A DNA stretch of 63,159 bases, the filler included, from Stramenopiles sp. TOSAG23-2 (taxonomy: Eukaryota): NCBI GenBank assembly GCA_900128395.1. It is 13 parts of 13 records of this genome, joined end to end, with 100 filler letters (N's around TTAATTAATTAA, not from the genome) between each part and the next. Parts side by side here need not be neighbours in the genome. Positions count along the whole stretch, not along the records: positions 58,424 to 63,159 come from LT650823.1; 12 more parts are not named here. One strand, 5' to 3'. Of this stretch, positions 61,281-63,159 are shown piece after piece (within the stretch, counting starts at the first letter, position 1; the number at the start of each line of letters is the position of its first letter). The notes under the pieces were generated by a model. That model saw only the letters and a program-made list of their open reading frames with translations, did no database searches and had not been told where the DNA came from. The position numbers and the translations under genes were made by a program.

Positions 61281-63050
61281 ATGCAACAAGAGGAAGGACA
61301 AGAAGACTTTCAGGAGGAAGATGTTCTTGATTGTTTTTTAGCCGCACAAAATTTAGAATCAAACGACGAAATATCTTTAGCAATTGAATATTATGTAGAA
61401 ATTGTACAATTTTTCAATAGTGCAAAATATAAAAATAAACGCTTAAAATATGAGCATGAGCAAAATAAACATGACGATCCACCCTCAATTTTAATACTAA
61501 GTTGTGCTTTGAATTCTCTTGCTGGTATATATATGGATCAAGAACAATATGATGTAGCAATGGGATATTTATTAAAATCTGTTTGTTATTGGAATGAGAA
61601 TTTAATGTCATTGTTAAATATGGGTAATATTGAAAGAGAACACCGTTCATTATCTAAAGCTATCGAGTATTACACACGAATTGTCCAATTGTCGAAAGCG
61701 AATAATCATTTTAATAAGAATGCCGCTTCACTGGATAAAGAAGAAGATATTGATGATAATGATTGGGAAAACATATGGATTTATGGTCCACATAAACAAT
61801 GTGTGGAACGAGCATATTATATGTCTGCATTATGCCTACATCAAATTGGGAATTATAACGAAGCTGTAAAGTATTTAAAACCTTTTAATGTTAAATATCG
61901 TGTACATCCAAATGTCTGGATAGAAGCATGTAAAAAACAAGCTAGTGACAAAATAGACTATGTATCTTCATCTACATCAATAGAGCATCGTAGTCGACAG
62001 CAAATATCAGATGAGCTGGAATGTGTGAAAATGTTTCATAATGCAATTCCAAATAAATTAAAATTAGATCTACAAAAAATGTTTTCACCTACATCATTGT
62101 ATTGGAATGGAACAAATTATCATGAACGTGGATATTATTCATTTTGGTACGATTTGAAGAAACGTCCATCAAATACAATTGAAATTTTAATTCAATATTT
62201 ATTACCGATTATCCAAAAACAAGTACCGAATGAAACTTTTTGCGGTGGAGAATGGTGGGTCCACTCTCGACCGGAAGGGAAAAATCTTGGCCATCAATTG
62301 CATTTAGACACGGAGGAAAATACATTAGAAATTAAAAAAAAAATTGTTCATCCGCGTGTAAGTTCCGTGGTCTATTTGTCTCCCTCTCCAAATGGTGGTT
62401 GTACGGTAGTATTTGATCAAACTTTAGAAAGTAATTATAATGGGAAACCAGAAAATCACGTATCCGCTTATGTTTGCAAACCATCTGATGGTGGATTTCT
62501 TATTTTTGATGGTAGAAAAATTCATGGGGTTTTACCTTCGAATCCACTTTCTGATGATGATATGAATAGTAATAATAATTTTACTGATAATAATAATAAT
62601 AACAACAACAGTGCATCAAAACGACGTAAAATTTCTCCATCATTTATGAAAAAAACAGATCAAAAACAACGCTTAACATTGATGATAGGATTTTGGACTG
62701 ACGATGTTGTTAAAATAGGGAAACGAATTAGTCTCGGACCATGCGGTCCAGTTCCGCCAGTAAGCACCCGCAGCGTTCAATGGCCAACTATTTTAAGATC
62801 TCCATATTACACTGAATTTACGAAGGCCGAACGTGACAAAGACTTTGAAAATGGCATAAATAATATGAAAGAAATGCCTGTCAATCGCATATATCCAGCA
62901 TGGGAAAACATTAATGATGGAAAAAGTAGTAACAGTGGTAACTTAAATAATAGCGCAAAATTAGAAATACCAGAAGTTATAGATCAACGTTTTTTTTTGC
63001 ATGATATGGAAGAATTCAAAGTGCATTTATTGCAGCGAGCTTTGTCTTAA
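61281..63050 (+). CDS. TPR + 2OG-Fe(II) oxygenase-like protein
   Basis: TPR helices (ALNSLAGIYMDQEQYDVAMGYL; AYYMSALCLHQIGNYNEAV); GEWWVH, HQLHLD (HxD), HPRVSSVVYL, GGCTVVFDQ, FDGRKIHGV, RLTLMIGFW. Confidence 0.8.
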   Translation: MQQEEGQEDFQEEDVLDCFLAAQNLESNDEISLAIEYYVEIVQFFNSAKYKNKRLKYEHEQNKHDDPPSILILSCALNSLAGIYMDQEQYDVAMGYLLKSVCYWNENLMSLLNMGNIEREHRSLSKAIEYYTRIVQLSKANNHFNKNAASLDKEEDIDDNDWENIWIYGPHKQCVERAYYMSALCLHQIGNYNEAVKYLKPFNVKYRVHPNVWIEACKKQASDKIDYVSSSTSIEHRSRQQISDELECVKMFHNAIPNKLKLDLQKMFSPTSLYWNGTNYHERGYYSFWYDLKKRPSNTIEILIQYLLPIIQKQVPNETFCGGEWWVHSRPEGKNLGHQLHLDTEENTLEIKKKIVHPRVSSVVYLSPSPNGGCTVVFDQTLESNYNGKPENHVSAYVCKPSDGGFLIFDGRKIHGVLPSNPLSDDDMNSNNNFTDNNNNNNNSASKRRKISPSFMKKTDQKQRLTLMIGFWTDDVVKIGKRISLGPCGPVPPVSTRSVQWPTILRSPYYTEFTKAERDKDFENGINNMKEMPVNRIYPAWENINDGKSSNSGNLNNSAKLEIPEVIDQRFFLHDMEEFKVHLLQRALS

Positions 63051-63159
63051 AAAAAAAGATGTTTTATGATTGCTATGCATTCATATAGAAAAAAAGATCA
63101 CATTAACGATTCATAAATATATATGCATATATATATATATATATGTGTTTTTCTCTTAC

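Overview
This is not one locus. It is 13 short contigs of about 4.74-4.80 kb, sorted by decreasing length and joined by artificial 100-nt spacers (N44-TTAATTAATTAA-N44), so gene neighbourhoods only mean something inside a contig. The DNA comes from an AT-rich, gene-dense, intron-poor microbial eukaryote with poly-Asn tracts and short GT-AG introns with CTAAC branch sites. TMEM231 and the lysosomal hydrolases suggest a flagellated heterotrophic protist, possibly a stramenopile single-cell or metagenome assembly (inference). Recognisable genes: SMP-30/gluconolactonase, intron-containing katG, two STE/MAP3K kinases (one with SH3), PMCA-type Ca-ATPase, 5-oxoprolinase, a 5-exon purple acid phosphatase, selenoprotein T, TIP41, DDX20-like helicase, an alpha/beta hydrolase, an ankyrin-polycystin channel, a GST fragment, U-box/RING-TPR, a TGY MAPK, phospholipase B-like, an ML-like protein, two 2OG-Fe(II) dioxygenase fusions and TMEM231. 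Best leads: (1) an MLKL-type N-terminal domain fused to an intact kinase and the start of an LRR region, a candidate one-polypeptide cell-death/immune receptor; (2) a canonical-looking SECIS element in the SelT 3' UTR; (3) an ankyrin-TRPP channel fusion; (4) bacterial-type enzymes adapted to the eukaryotic host; (5) a 55-bp inverted repeat pointing to a chimeric or duplicated DDX20 tail. All family calls come from motif recognition by eye; no database search was run.
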